A program made the position numbers and the translations under genes. The notes beneath the pieces were generated by a model. That model had not been told where the DNA came from. It searched no databases and worked only from the letters and a program-made list of their open reading frames with translations. From Pseudomonadota bacterium (lineage in GTDB: Bacteria > Pseudomonadota > Alphaproteobacteria > Rhizobiales > Devosiaceae), in the NCBI GenBank assembly GCA_023428425.1, contig JAEYYP010000017.1, forward strand, positions 2,382 to 66,381: DNA of 64,000 bases, in the 5' to 3' direction. Below, in pieces: positions 1 through 9,305 of this stretch; position 1 is the first letter of the stretch; every line of letters begins with the position of its first letter.

Positions 1-303
1 GCCCAGCAGCGCACACATCCGTTCGTGCCCGCCGGTCGCAATCACCAGGATGTCGCCCGCCCGCACTTCCTTGAGCGCCAGGTACGGAACCAGGTTGTCG
101 TTGGGGCTCGTGACCACCGTCACCGCACTGCCCGCCATGCGGTGACGCCGCGTCGTTGCCCTTATCGCGCCCGACAGGTTCCCGGCCTTCCCGAGCGCAT
201 CGGATACGGCGCTGCTGCCGGCCGCGGCAAGCGCCTCGATGGTCGCTTCGTCTGCCCCCGCCGCACGCTCGGCGACCAGCACGGGACGATTCGTGTCACT
301 CAT
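1..303 (-). CDS. RraA family / 4-hydroxy-4-methyl-2-oxoglutarate aldolase-like protein (5' part; runs off window start)
   Basis: Not in the ORF track. Manual translation MSDTNRPV...SSAVSDALGKAG...MAGSAVTV...NDNL...AGDILVIATGG...ALLG fits the RraA/HMG-aldolase pattern. Its ATG overlaps the pdxA stop (ATGA). Confidence 0.8.
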   Translation of the reverse strand, partial: MSDTNRPVLVAERAAGADEATIEALAAAGSSAVSDALGKAGNLSGAIRATTRRHRMAGSAVTVVTSPNDNLVPYLALKEVRAGDILVIATGGHERMCALLG

Positions 304-1277
304 CCTGGTGCTCCTCCCGCCGCGTTCGCCTGAACCCGGCGTTGCGCTAGGTCCGCCGTCTGCAGCACCGCCTCGATTAGGTTCTTCGGGTCAGCGAGCC
401 CCTTGCCCGCGATGTCGTAGGCGGTGCCGTGTGCAACCGTCGCCGTGGCATAGGGTACCGATGGATAAAACACCACCTCGCGTCCGAACCCCACGGCCTT
501 CATCGCGATGTTCCCCTGATCGTGGTAGAGATAGACCAGTGCGTCGAACTCGCCGCGCAGCGCCAGTGGCATCAGGATATCCGCCGGGATCGGGCCGGAA
601 ACGTTTGCGCCGGTGCGCGCCCGGTAGGCCGCGAGCGTCGGCACGATGAACTCGATCTCCTCGTCCCCCAGTGTGCCCCGGGCGCCGGCGTGCGGATTGA
701 GCGCGGCGACACCGATCCGCGGCGCCGCGTTCCCGAACTCGGCGCAAAGCCCGATCAACCGGTCGAGCGCCGCGCCGATGCCCTCGCCCGTCACCCGTGC
801 GGCGATGCCGGCAAACGGCACGTGCCCCACCACGGTCGCCCGCAGCAGCCGGTCCAGCTTGGTGACGGTCCGCACCTGCGGCAGGTCACAACGCTTGCGC
901 AGCACCTCCGTCTCGTCGCCGTCGATCCCGGCCAGCGCCAGCGCATGCTTGTTGAACGGCGCGAACACCACCGCGTCGATCTCACCCCGCGAGGCCGCCG
1001 CAAGAGCCGTTTCAAGGCTGGCGATCTGCTCCCTCCCAGCCCACTCGGTACACGAGCCCCAGGAGGCATCGGCGGGACGCTCCGCCTCGAGACCGAGCGC
1101 CGACAAGTAGAGTTCGATATCGAGCGGCAGCGCGCAGACGCGGCTAGCCTCGCGATAGGTCTGCCGATGCCCGAACAGCACCGGCGTGTGTCCCGCCTCG
1201 AGCGTCGCACTGACGCTGCGCACAACGATTTCAGCGCCGATGCCCGCCGGGTCCCCCATGCATAGTCCAACCTTCAC
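300..1277 (-). CDS. pdxA: PdxA family dehydrogenase (4-hydroxythreonine-4-phosphate / PdxA2 sugar-acid-phosphate type)
   Basis: Motifs MGDPAGIGAE, GHVP, ALNPHAG, GPIPAD, YHDQG and HGTAYDIAGKG. Likely GTG start at 1277 after GGGGGA. Confidence 0.85.
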   Translation of the reverse strand: MKVGLCMGDPAGIGAEIVVRSVSATLEAGHTPVLFGHRQTYREASRVCALPLDIELYLSALGLEAERPADASWGSCTEWAGREQIASLETALAAASRGEIDAVVFAPFNKHALALAGIDGDETEVLRKRCDLPQVRTVTKLDRLLRATVVGHVPFAGIAARVTGEGIGAALDRLIGLCAEFGNAAPRIGVAALNPHAGARGTLGDEEIEFIVPTLAAYRARTGANVSGPIPADILMPLALRGEFDALVYLYHDQGNIAMKAVGFGREVVFYPSVPYATATVAHGTAYDIAGKGLADPKNLIEAVLQTADLAQRRVQANAAGGAPG

Positions 1278-1314
1278 GATTTCCCCCGAGCCCCTTGTTG
1301 CGACAATAGTCTGT

Positions 1315-1443
1315 CTACCCGACCGCCCACCCGCCATCCACCTGTGGCGCTGTGCCGGTCACCAGTGCCGAGGAGTCGGACGCGAGGAAAACCAACGCGC
1401 CCGAACCGCCTTCTAACGTTCCAAAACGTCCCAGCTTGATCAG
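1315..1443 (-). pseudogene. 3'-terminal remnant of an SDR oxidoreductase
   Basis: IKLGRFG...GALVFLASDSSALVTGTAPQVDGGW is a classic SDR C-terminus; no Rossmann N-terminus upstream. Confidence 0.7.
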
Positions 1444-1475
1444 TGGGGGCTGCCTGGTCGGTCCCTTTACCAGTT

Positions 1476-1491
1476 TGACAATTGTCGACAT
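1476..1491. promoter_or_regulatory. Putative GntR/FadR-type operator (TTGACAATTGTCGACA)
   Basis: AT-rich dyad containing TGTCGACA upstream of the SDR-remnant/pdxA/rraA unit. Confidence 0.35.
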
Positions 1492-1609
1492 ACCATCAGG
1501 GTCATGAGTTCGCCACCGCATGGGTAATGCCCAGAATGCGCCGATATCGTTGATTTACGCCTCGTGCGCACTCGCGCCCACCTCGGAGCGCATACACCCG
1601 AAAACTCCC

Positions 1610-1993
1610 CAGCCGGGTGGTCCAAGATCTGGGGGGCAGATCAAACCTTCCGACGTCCACGTTTGCTGATGGGCAAGAAGCCGGGGGACCGCTTTCGTTG
1701 GAAGTATTTATGGCGCGACTCAGCTCGATATCTTCGGGGTGACCAACCGCGAGGCACGTACGGTGGCGCAATTCCGAACCATCATGGAAGGAGCCGCCAC
1801 CAATCGGCGCATCACCTATCGGGCTCTTGGTAGGAGCTGGTTCGTCCTTTCCGCTACCTGGATGGGATGCTGACCAGACCGTGAACCGCGATGGCACTGC
1901 GCTTTCGGCGAAACCAGTTATCCGGCGGAGCGAAAGCGCGAGTTTGATCCACTCGTCGAGCGCATCGAGAATAGCCTGACTGCACCGCGATGA
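1610..1993 (+). pseudogene. Frameshifted remnant of a small hypothetical (probably exported) protein
   Basis: Protein-like segments in different frames: YGATQLDIFGVTN...RITYRALGRSWFVLS, NRDGTALSA and SYPAERKREFDPLVERIENSLTAPR*. It ends just before a terminator. Confidence 0.45.
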
Positions 1994-2002
1994 TGACAGA
2001 GC

Positions 2003-2032
2003 AAAAACCCGGTCTCTTTCGAGGCCGGGTTT
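2003..2032 (-). terminator. Rho-independent terminator (possibly bidirectional)
   Basis: AAACCCGGTCTC-TTTC-GAGGCCGGGTTT hairpin with a T-tract on the minus strand, downstream of the 2056-2670 gene. Confidence 0.8.
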
Positions 2033-2055
2033 CAGTTCAGGCCAACCGACGTAGG

Positions 2056-2670
2056 TCAGCTGCGAAGGACCGGCGGCACGATACCAGCGCGGTAGTCGCG
2101 GATCCGGTCAGCCTCGTACGGCTCGGCCGTTTCATCGAAAGCTTCCCATCCGCTCGCCTCGTATTCGCGACGACGGGTCTCGAGATTGATGCCGCTATCG
2201 CTGTTCAGGATTGCCTGGGCGGCGTCAGCGCGGCTGTCATCGACACGGGCGGTGACGAGAATGCTGCCGCGGCGAACACCTTCGGCGTAGACGTGAGCAT
2301 CGCGCTCATCGACGCCAGCCTCGGTCAGAGCGCCGATCAGCCCGCCCGTCGCGCCACCCACAACCGCACCCGCGGCGGCCCCCACCACGGTCGAAAGTAG
2401 CCAGCCGCCCGCCACTACAGGGCCAATACCGGGGATTGCCAGCAGACCGAGACCGGTCAGCAGACCACCAGCGCCGCCCACGGCAGCACCGATACCCGCG
2501 CCAGTACCGGCGTCGGCGGCGACGTCGTCACCATCGGTGGCGTAGGAGCCATCGACATTGTTCGCGACGATGGAGATGTCGTCGGCAGGGATGCCCGCGT
2601 CCTTGAGGGAGCGCACGGCATTGTCAGCGTGATCGCGGGTGTCAAACAGTCCGCTGATGGTACGCATCAT
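2056..2670 (-). CDS. General stress protein (YflT/17M-like, glycine-zipper membrane protein)
   Basis: TISGLFD...A..AV..L...G...DDISIV, GLLAIPGIGPVVAGG, GLIGAL..AGV...DAHVYAEGVRRG; sigma-EcfG promoter upstream. Confidence 0.85.
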   Translation of the reverse strand: MMRTISGLFDTRDHADNAVRSLKDAGIPADDISIVANNVDGSYATDGDDVAADAGTGAGIGAAVGGAGGLLTGLGLLAIPGIGPVVAGGWLLSTVVGAAAGAVVGGATGGLIGALTEAGVDERDAHVYAEGVRRGSILVTARVDDSRADAAQAILNSDSGINLETRRREYEASGWEAFDETAEPYEADRIRDYRAGIVPPVLRS

Positions 2671-2714
2671 CTATCTCCTTGATTGCAGCGGCGTTCGTCG
2701 CCGAGGTTTTCATC

Positions 2715-2739
2715 AACGGGAGTGCATGCGATGCGTTCC
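2715..2739 (-). promoter_or_regulatory. Sigma-EcfG (RpoE2/SigT) general-stress promoter
   Basis: Minus strand reads GGAAC-N16-CGTT, the alphaproteobacterial EcfG consensus, about 45 bp upstream of the stress gene. Confidence 0.8.
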
Positions 2740-2845
2740 TAATCTCGCGTTCGGAGATGGACGAGGCATTCCTCCGAAAAGCCTGGCTCTCTGCATCGAT
2801 CTTCATGCTCATTGCGTTGCTCTTTCCCAGTTCGAGAAGGTCGCG

Positions 2846-3517
2846 ATGTTCCAGCCCCCCACCTTGACCTACAGCGGCCGCACTTGGTGGCATCGCGGCA
2901 AACCGTACTCCCTGCCCGAACTTGTACTCGACGGGATCGTGCATGGGGTGGGCTTGCTCATCGCCATCGCAGTGGGCGGCGTGCTCTTGCTCAGCGGAGA
3001 GGCAGCACGCCCAGCCCTGCTAGTCTATGTCGCTTCGCTCTTGCTGGTGTTGACCGTGTCGCTGGCCTTTAATCTAGCGCCCGTAACACCCGTGAAGATG
3101 TTCCTGGCCCGGCTCGATCAAGCCGCGATCTTCCTGTTGATCGCTGGCACCTACACACCACTGTTGAGCCTCCTCGGCGGCACGCCTACCGGGGACATCA
3201 TGCTGGCGCTTGTGTGGGGAGCCGCCATCGTAGGGATCGCGCTGAAACTGCTCGTGCCGGAGCGCTTCGGACGGCTCGCATTGTTTCTCTACTTGGGTAT
3301 CGGGTGGAGCGGCCTTGCCGTGTTCAACTCGCTAGCTGTCATTCTGCCCGCCAGCGCCCTGTGGCTATTGCTGGCAGGCGGCGTAGCCTACAGCTCCGGC
3401 ATCGTATTCCACCTGTGGGAGCGGTTGAAATTCCACAACGTGCTTTGGCATTCGTTCGTGGTGCTGGGCGCGACGCTGCACCTGTGGGCGGTGCTCAAAG
3501 CGGTCGCCTTTGGCTAA
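2846..3517 (+). CDS. Haemolysin III family (PAQR/TrhA) membrane protein
   Basis: E..DG..HG.G, RLDQAAIFLLIAGTYTP, YLGIGW, GGVAYS.G, HNVLWHSFV; seven hydrophobic segments. Confidence 0.9.
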   Translation: MFQPPTLTYSGRTWWHRGKPYSLPELVLDGIVHGVGLLIAIAVGGVLLLSGEAARPALLVYVASLLLVLTVSLAFNLAPVTPVKMFLARLDQAAIFLLIAGTYTPLLSLLGGTPTGDIMLALVWGAAIVGIALKLLVPERFGRLALFLYLGIGWSGLAVFNSLAVILPASALWLLLAGGVAYSSGIVFHLWERLKFHNVLWHSFVVLGATLHLWAVLKAVAFG

Positions 3518-3796
3518 GACTTGGCCGCGGCCGCTCTGCCTTGCGGATTGCTGTGCCAGCACCCGGCGGTTGCACTCTTGAGCACTTGGCCAGCTAACAT
3601 ATTGACTTAGAACAATAATTCGTGATATCCTATCGTTGCGCGAGTTCAGCGCCGCCCCGGTGCGACGCGCGCAACTGATAGGATGATAGCTTGTTGCTGA
3701 CAGCACTTGGGCATGCGCCGGCCTTATCACGCGCAACCATCACATCGACTACGAAAAGGGGGCCTCTGGCCCCCTTCGTCGTTGCCGGGGGCGACA

Positions 3797-4275
3797 ATGG
3801 CTGAGCCCGAGCCCTTCACGCCCTACCTCGTCGTCCTGAGCAGCAACGCCACCGGCAGGTCCTTCGGCAGCGTGTTCGCCGAAGCCGGGGCCGAGCTAGC
3901 CCTGCGCGCAGCGGGCCAGATGGACCTTCATGCCATTCGTGTTGTCGGCGAGGACCTCGCGGCGCTGGCGGCCGGCCTGCCGCGCGGCAAGGTCTTCGAG
4001 AAAAGCGGCAACGCGTTTGTGCCACTCGCCGCACGCGCCAATGACTCTTGAGGCCGCTGGCACGCTCTCCAGGCGGCCGAAGCCCGAACCGGCTACCACC
4101 CAGCTGACAACGGCGGCAAGCGCACAGGCAAAGCGACTGCCGGGGAAGGCGAAGCAACTTCTGAGCACTATCTGCCCATCCGTTGGACCGACCTTCGCGT
4201 GGGCGCACCGGCGTTGGTCGCCGATGGCGAAGACCGAGGCTGGTGGGACGCTGTCGTGGTCGAGGCAGGAGGGCT
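3797..4275 (+). pseudogene. Interrupted hypothetical protein (in-frame TGA at 4049-4051)
   Basis: The frame continues after the stop with LPIRWTDLRVGAPALVADGEDRGWWDAVVVEA, resembling the second half of a rhizobial hypothetical family (from recollection, unverified). Confidence 0.45.
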
Positions 4276-4449
4276 ATCGAGACCGGCGACCAGATGGAGC
4301 GGCTCCAGCGGCTCGAGGAGCACGTGGACGAGCGGGCCGAGCAAAGACCCTTGAAACCGAAGCCGCCCCGGGGTTCAAAATGGCTGCATGACTAGGGCAA
4401 TGCGCCGTCTCCTAACCTGCCCGGTACAGTCGTCGCACAAACCAAGCAA

Positions 4450-4594
4450 AGTTTACGTCATGTCCTCAGACAAAATCGTTGAAGTCGTCAGGCCGCTCGA
4501 CCTCATCCGCAACCCGCAGGCCGATGAGACGCAAGCGCTTGTCGGCGCCGTGCTGAGCGTCTGGGCCAAGCTGGTTGGGAACGCACCCGCATGA
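4450..4594 (+). pseudogene. 3' remnant of a peptide-family ABC transporter ATPase
   Basis: VYVMSSDKIVEV..P.DLIRNPQADETQALVGAV resembles the OppD/OppF tail; its stop overlaps the SDR start (ATGA). Confidence 0.55.
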
Positions 4595-5352
4595 GCCAGT
4601 GCGTCGCTATAACGGGGTCTACCACCGGCATCGGCTACGCAATGGCCGAAGCCTTCGCTCGCGATGGTGCTCGCCTCGTGATCAACTCTCACCTGGATGA
4701 CGATGGCGGTGCGGCCGCAAGGCTGGGCCAGTTGGCAGAGTGCCATTTCGTGAGCGCGGACCTTTCCACCGTCGCCGGTGCTCAGGGATTCGTCGCGGCA
4801 GCGCGTGCAAAGCTGGGGCGGGTCGATACTCTCGTCAACAACGCCGGCACGTACCTCGACACCAGTTTCGACGACCTCACCGAGACGGTGTTCGACCGCA
4901 CCTTCAATCTCAACGTGAAAGGCTACCTGTTCGCTTCTCAGGCCTTCGTGAAAGGTCTGGTGCCGGGGCAGGAGAACCCGAGCATCATCTGCACCGGCTC
5001 GACCAACTCACTGGCGGCCGAAAAGAACAGCGTCGTCTACGATAGCTCGAAGGGCGCAGTGCTGATGCTGGTCCGCAACCTAGCGGTCACTCTGGCCGAG
5101 CGCGCCATCCGCGTGAACGGGATCGGTCCGGGTATTGTCGAGACACCGCTGAGCGCAAAGGGCATCGCCACGCCAGGCGTCCGCCTAGCTCTCGAACGCC
5201 AGATTCCCCTCGGCCGCATCGGCATACCAGACGATATAGGCGCCGCGGCGGTGTTCCTCGCCTCGCCCGCTGCCCGCTACATCACCGGTCAGATGCTCTA
5301 TGTCGACGGCGGTATCCTCGCCAACCAGATGTCCTGGGAGCCCGTGTCGTGA
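4591..5352 (+). CDS. SDR family NAD(P)-dependent oxidoreductase
   Basis: TGSTTGIG, LVNNAG, YDSSK (YxxxK), VNGIGPG, ITGQMLYVDGG. Confidence 0.92.
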   Translation: MSQCVAITGSTTGIGYAMAEAFARDGARLVINSHLDDDGGAAARLGQLAECHFVSADLSTVAGAQGFVAAARAKLGRVDTLVNNAGTYLDTSFDDLTETVFDRTFNLNVKGYLFASQAFVKGLVPGQENPSIICTGSTNSLAAEKNSVVYDSSKGAVLMLVRNLAVTLAERAIRVNGIGPGIVETPLSAKGIATPGVRLALERQIPLGRIGIPDDIGAAAVFLASPAARYITGQMLYVDGGILANQMSWEPVS

Positions 5353-5419
5353 AGACCCGCAAAGGCGACTAAAACTAGGAAGGATGGCCGATCCTCGTGA
5401 GGCGGGTCGGCTATGCCTC

Positions 5420-5670
5420 CCGCAGCTTGACTTGTCGAACACCGGAATGTGCGGCGCGATCCCGCGCTGCTTGACCAGAAACACCAGGTTTTCGGCCGGG
5501 CCACAGGCACTGTCGGCGGTAAGGCTCTGCGGCTCGAGCGCGAAGCGCGCGGTCGTCCGGTCGAGCATGGCGTGCGATGCGTCGACCTTGGCCTAGCGGA
5601 TAGCGCGGCTCGCTTCGACATCGAGGATTATCGTGTGCTCGGTGTCGATCAGGAGTTGGTGGCATACCCG
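5420..5670 (-). mobile_element. Degenerate IS1182-family-like DDE transposase fragment
   Basis: YATN[fs]LIDTEHTIILDVEASRAIR*AKV...MLDRTTARFALEPQSLTADSACGPAENLVFLVKQRGIAPHIPVFDKS; one stop, one frameshift, no terminal repeats seen. Confidence 0.7.
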
Positions 5671-6396
5671 GGGTAGACTTTGCCGCAAGTAGGTCGACTT
5701 TTTGGTGCACGGCGGCAGTATCGCTTGGGCCTGCATGGCAGACGATGCCCTTGTCAGGTCCGGCCACCGCCATATCGATTACCGACGGAAATTCCTGCTG
5801 CAGTACCTCGAAGTATTCCGCGCACCGTTCAGCGGAGACCGCGTCGGCCAGCACGGCCCGCCCCGCAGCGACCATAATGGTGGCAGCGCCCATCATGCCC
5901 CGGATCACCTCAGTCATGACAACGTCAGTCATATGAGACGCATATTTATCGCTTCGGCCGATCGGTTCGCGCGATAGGACGTCTGACTGGTCCAGAGAAT
6001 GACGAATGCCGGTAGGACAGCAATGGTCGTCAGCAGGAGCAGGCGCTGCTTTAAGGAAGGGCAGCAAAGCGCCTCGCATTCCCCAGTTTGCCACCGGTGT
6101 GAATGGCAGTCTGCTCGTCGACAGCACCAGCGTTTTAAAATTGGCCCTCTTCAACCCACTTCCCCGAATTCGGCGACGCGGCTTCGGGAGTTTGGTTCCG
6201 CTCCCTTCCTGGTGATGCATAGTGACCCGCTGCGCCGTCCGACTCGAAGCGCAGACTAACCTTCCGTTGACGGCGCTCTCGACCGTGACGACGTGGACGA
6301 AGGTCTGCGAGTCGGGGCAACCAATGGCTTAGGTCGGTGTCGGCCAGGGCCGCAAAAACGGTTACAGATCGTCGGCGCCTTTCCAAGAGCGGTTGT

Positions 6397-7428
6397 TCAA
6401 GTGAACGACAGCTGGCTTGCCAGTTTCGAAGCGAGGTTCAGTGACGCAGCGGTGAGGGTTGCGAGCTCTGGCAGGGTCAGCCATTCCGTGGTCCATGCGG
6501 AGCCCGAGCGCTCTTGTTCGTGAACCATCGCTGTCTGCAGGATCCCGGCCAGGCCGGCTGTCTTGCGCGCGATGGCAACAAGCACCTCCGCGGCGACGGG
6601 GTTGGCCTTGTGCGCCATGGCGGAGGACTGGCCGGTGCCGTGTACGGTAACGGCTTTCCTCTCGGACTGTGCCAGCAAGGCGACATCGAACCCGAACTTT
6701 CCAAGCACACCGGTCAGGCTCGCCAGTCGCGATCCAAGCGAAACAAACCGATCCCGATCGGAGTGCCAGGCAGCGGCATTTCCCAGGCCGAGGATGGCAG
6801 AAAGGCGCTCGGCAACCGCGTCGCCCTTGCCAGCGAAACTACTCCTGTCGCCGATCGGACCTCCGAGCTGGGCAACGAGCATATAATCCGACAGACGAAG
6901 CAAGTCGGCGCGCTGGTGCTGAAGCGGCAGACGCCAGGTCTGGAGCTTGTCGGCCACGGTAAAGGGAAACGCTGCCTGCATGCGGGTGTGAGCCATCAGG
7001 GCGCGCCCCCCAAACTCGCGCTCCAGTCCATCCAGCGAGGCAAGCACCCCGTCGAGTCGGGTCAGCAGGATGGGAATGATCTCGGCGAGTTGCAGCACCA
7101 GGGCAGTGTCGACGGCGTCCTGGCTGGTTGCGCCGAGATGAACCCAGGATGCATGCGGTTCGCCTATCGCAACCCGCAACTGCTGGATCAGTGCAGGCAC
7201 GACCACACCGTCGCGTGCCATTCCGGCTGCCAGGTTGGGCCAGTCGGGACTGAAACGACTGATGCCCTCGCAGATCGCATCGCGGGCTTCGGCAGTGATC
7301 AGACCGACATCGGCCTCGGCCTGCGCCAGAGCATCCTCGAAGCGGAGGATGCCAGCGACCTGCGCTTCGTCCGACAGCAGCGCCGCCACTTTGGCGTCAC
7401 CGGTCAGGGCATCAAGAAGCTGACCCAT
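6397..7428 (-). CDS. pcaB: 3-carboxy-cis,cis-muconate cycloisomerase (short rhizobial type)
   Basis: HLGATSQD, TRMQ.A, SSAMAHKANPV, HEQERSG.AW..EW; last gene of the pca operon. Confidence 0.93.
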   Translation of the reverse strand: MGQLLDALTGDAKVAALLSDEAQVAGILRFEDALAQAEADVGLITAEARDAICEGISRFSPDWPNLAAGMARDGVVVPALIQQLRVAIGEPHASWVHLGATSQDAVDTALVLQLAEIIPILLTRLDGVLASLDGLEREFGGRALMAHTRMQAAFPFTVADKLQTWRLPLQHQRADLLRLSDYMLVAQLGGPIGDRSSFAGKGDAVAERLSAILGLGNAAAWHSDRDRFVSLGSRLASLTGVLGKFGFDVALLAQSERKAVTVHGTGQSSAMAHKANPVAAEVLVAIARKTAGLAGILQTAMVHEQERSGSAWTTEWLTLPELATLTAASLNLASKLASQLSFT

Positions 7429-8633
7429 CACACCGCCTCGAGGGCGATGGCAATGCCCTGCCCTACCCCGATGCACATGGCGGCAAGCGCAAGCCGCTTG
7501 CCGGTAAGCGACAATTCGAGCGCGGCGCTTCCGGTGATGCGGGCGCCGGACATGCCCAAGGGATGGCCGAGGGCAATCGCTCCGCCGTTGCGGTTCACGT
7601 GGTCGGCATCCTCGGGAATGCCGAGTTCGCGCAACACCGCTATCGACTGGCTGGCGAAGGCCTCGTTGAGCTCGATAACCTCGAAATCATGCGGGGACAG
7701 CCCAAGGCGCGCGCTGAGCTTCTGCGTCGCTGGCGCCGGCCCCATGCCCATGACGCGCGGCGAAACGCCGGCAGTGGCGCCCCCGAGTATCCGCGCGATC
7801 GGCGTCAGACCATGACGCGCCGCAGCGGCGCCCGAAGCGATGATGAGCGCGGCGGCCCCATCGTTGACGCCAGAGGCGTTGCCAGCGGTGACAGTGCCGC
7901 CCTGTCGGAACGGCGTAGGTAGCCGAGCCAGCGTTTCGATTGTCGCATCGGCGCGGGGGTGTTCGTCGGTGTCGACGACGACCGGCTCGCCCTTTCGCCG
8001 GGGGATGGTCACTGGCACGATCTCGCGCGCCAACCGGCCGCTCTGCTGTGCGGCCACGGCCCGTTGCTGGCTCCTGAGCGCGAAGGCGTCCTGATCGGCT
8101 CGCGATACCGCGTAGTCCTCGGCGACGTTCTCGCCGGTCTCGGGCATCGAGTCGACGCCGTACTGGGCCTTCATCAGCGGGTTGATGAAGCGCCAGCCAA
8201 TGGTGGTGTCGTAGATCTCGGCGCTGCGCGAGAAAGCGGTGTCGGCCTTGGGGAGCACGAAGGGAGCCCGGGTCATCGACTCGACGCCGCCGGCGACCAG
8301 CAACTCGGCCTCGCCGGCGCGAATGGCCCGCGCCGCGGTGATCACAGCGTCCATGCCGGAGCCGCAAAGGCGGTTGATGGTGGTACCGGAGACGCTGACG
8401 GGCAAACCGGCGAGGAGCAGGCTCATCCGCGCCACGTTGCGATTGTCCTCGCCGGCCTGGTTGGCGCAACCGAAGATCACGTCGTCGACCGCCTCCCAGT
8501 CGACTTCCCTGTGCTCTGCCATCAACGCCCGCAACGGGACGGCACCGAGATCGTCGGCGCGGACCGGCGACAGGGCACCGCCGAAGCGGCCGATCGGCGT
8601 GCGGCGATAGGCGCAGATGAAGGCGTCGGGCAT
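7428..8633 (-). CDS. pcaF: 3-oxoadipyl-CoA thiolase
   Basis: GCANQAGEDNRNVARM, NRLCGSG, NEAFA, GHPLG, CIGVGQG. Confidence 0.96.
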   Translation of the reverse strand: MPDAFICAYRRTPIGRFGGALSPVRADDLGAVPLRALMAEHREVDWEAVDDVIFGCANQAGEDNRNVARMSLLLAGLPVSVSGTTINRLCGSGMDAVITAARAIRAGEAELLVAGGVESMTRAPFVLPKADTAFSRSAEIYDTTIGWRFINPLMKAQYGVDSMPETGENVAEDYAVSRADQDAFALRSQQRAVAAQQSGRLAREIVPVTIPRRKGEPVVVDTDEHPRADATIETLARLPTPFRQGGTVTAGNASGVNDGAAALIIASGAAAARHGLTPIARILGGATAGVSPRVMGMGPAPATQKLSARLGLSPHDFEVIELNEAFASQSIAVLRELGIPEDADHVNRNGGAIALGHPLGMSGARITGSAALELSLTGKRLALAAMCIGVGQGIAIALEAV

Positions 8634-9305
8634 CTAGACCTCCGCTGCGACGAGATCGGCGACTGCGCCGGCGACAACGAGTTCGGCGCCGGTCAGCGAC
8701 TGCAGTTCGTCGATGCTCATGCCCGGGAGTTTCTCCCGCAAGACAAAGCGAGCATTCTCGATATCGATGACGGCGAGGCTCGTGTAGACGCGCGTAACGC
8801 AGCCGACGCCGGTCAGCGGCAGGCTGCAGCGCTTTACCAGCTTCGGTCTGCCGTCCTTGGTGACATGATCGGTGATGACTGCGACGCGCTTCGCCCCATG
8901 CACCAGATCCATGGCGCCGCCCACTGCGGGCACGCCCCTGGGGCCGGTCGACCAGTTGGCGAGATCACCGTTCTCGGCCACCTCGTAAGCGCCGAGGATC
9001 GCCACGTCGAGATGTCCGCCGCGCACCATGGCGAAGCTGTCGGCGTGGTGGAAGAAGGCGGCGCCAGGCGTCAACGTCACGGCACGCTTGCCGGCATTGA
9101 TCAGGTCCCAGTCCTCGTCACCTTCCGGCGGGGCCCCGCCGAAATTGAGGATGCCGTTCTCGGTGTGGAAAATCGCCTGCCGGCCCGGCGGCTGGTAGCG
9201 CGCCACCATTTCGGGAAAGCCGATGCCGAGGTTGACGTAGGCGCCATCGGCGATGTCCTGCGCGGCGCGCCAGGCGATCTGGGCGTTGGTGAGTTTGTCG
9301 CTCAT
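8634..9305 (-). CDS. pcaJ: 3-oxoadipate CoA-transferase subunit B
   Basis: VNLGIG.P, HTENG, DLINAGK, GDLANW, GGAMDL. Confidence 0.93.
   Translation of the reverse strand: MSDKLTNAQIAWRAAQDIADGAYVNLGIGFPEMVARYQPPGRQAIFHTENGILNFGGAPPEGDEDWDLINAGKRAVTLTPGAAFFHHADSFAMVRGGHLDVAILGAYEVAENGDLANWSTGPRGVPAVGGAMDLVHGAKRVAVITDHVTKDGRPKLVKRCSLPLTGVGCVTRVYTSLAVIDIENARFVLREKLPGMSIDELQSLTGAELVVAGAVADLVAAEV

Noticed and set aside
5411..6220. 269-aa ORF with a segment faintly like a Cache sensor domain
   Set aside because: Low-quality composition, overlaps the transposase relic and has no TM or kinase part; at most a remnant.
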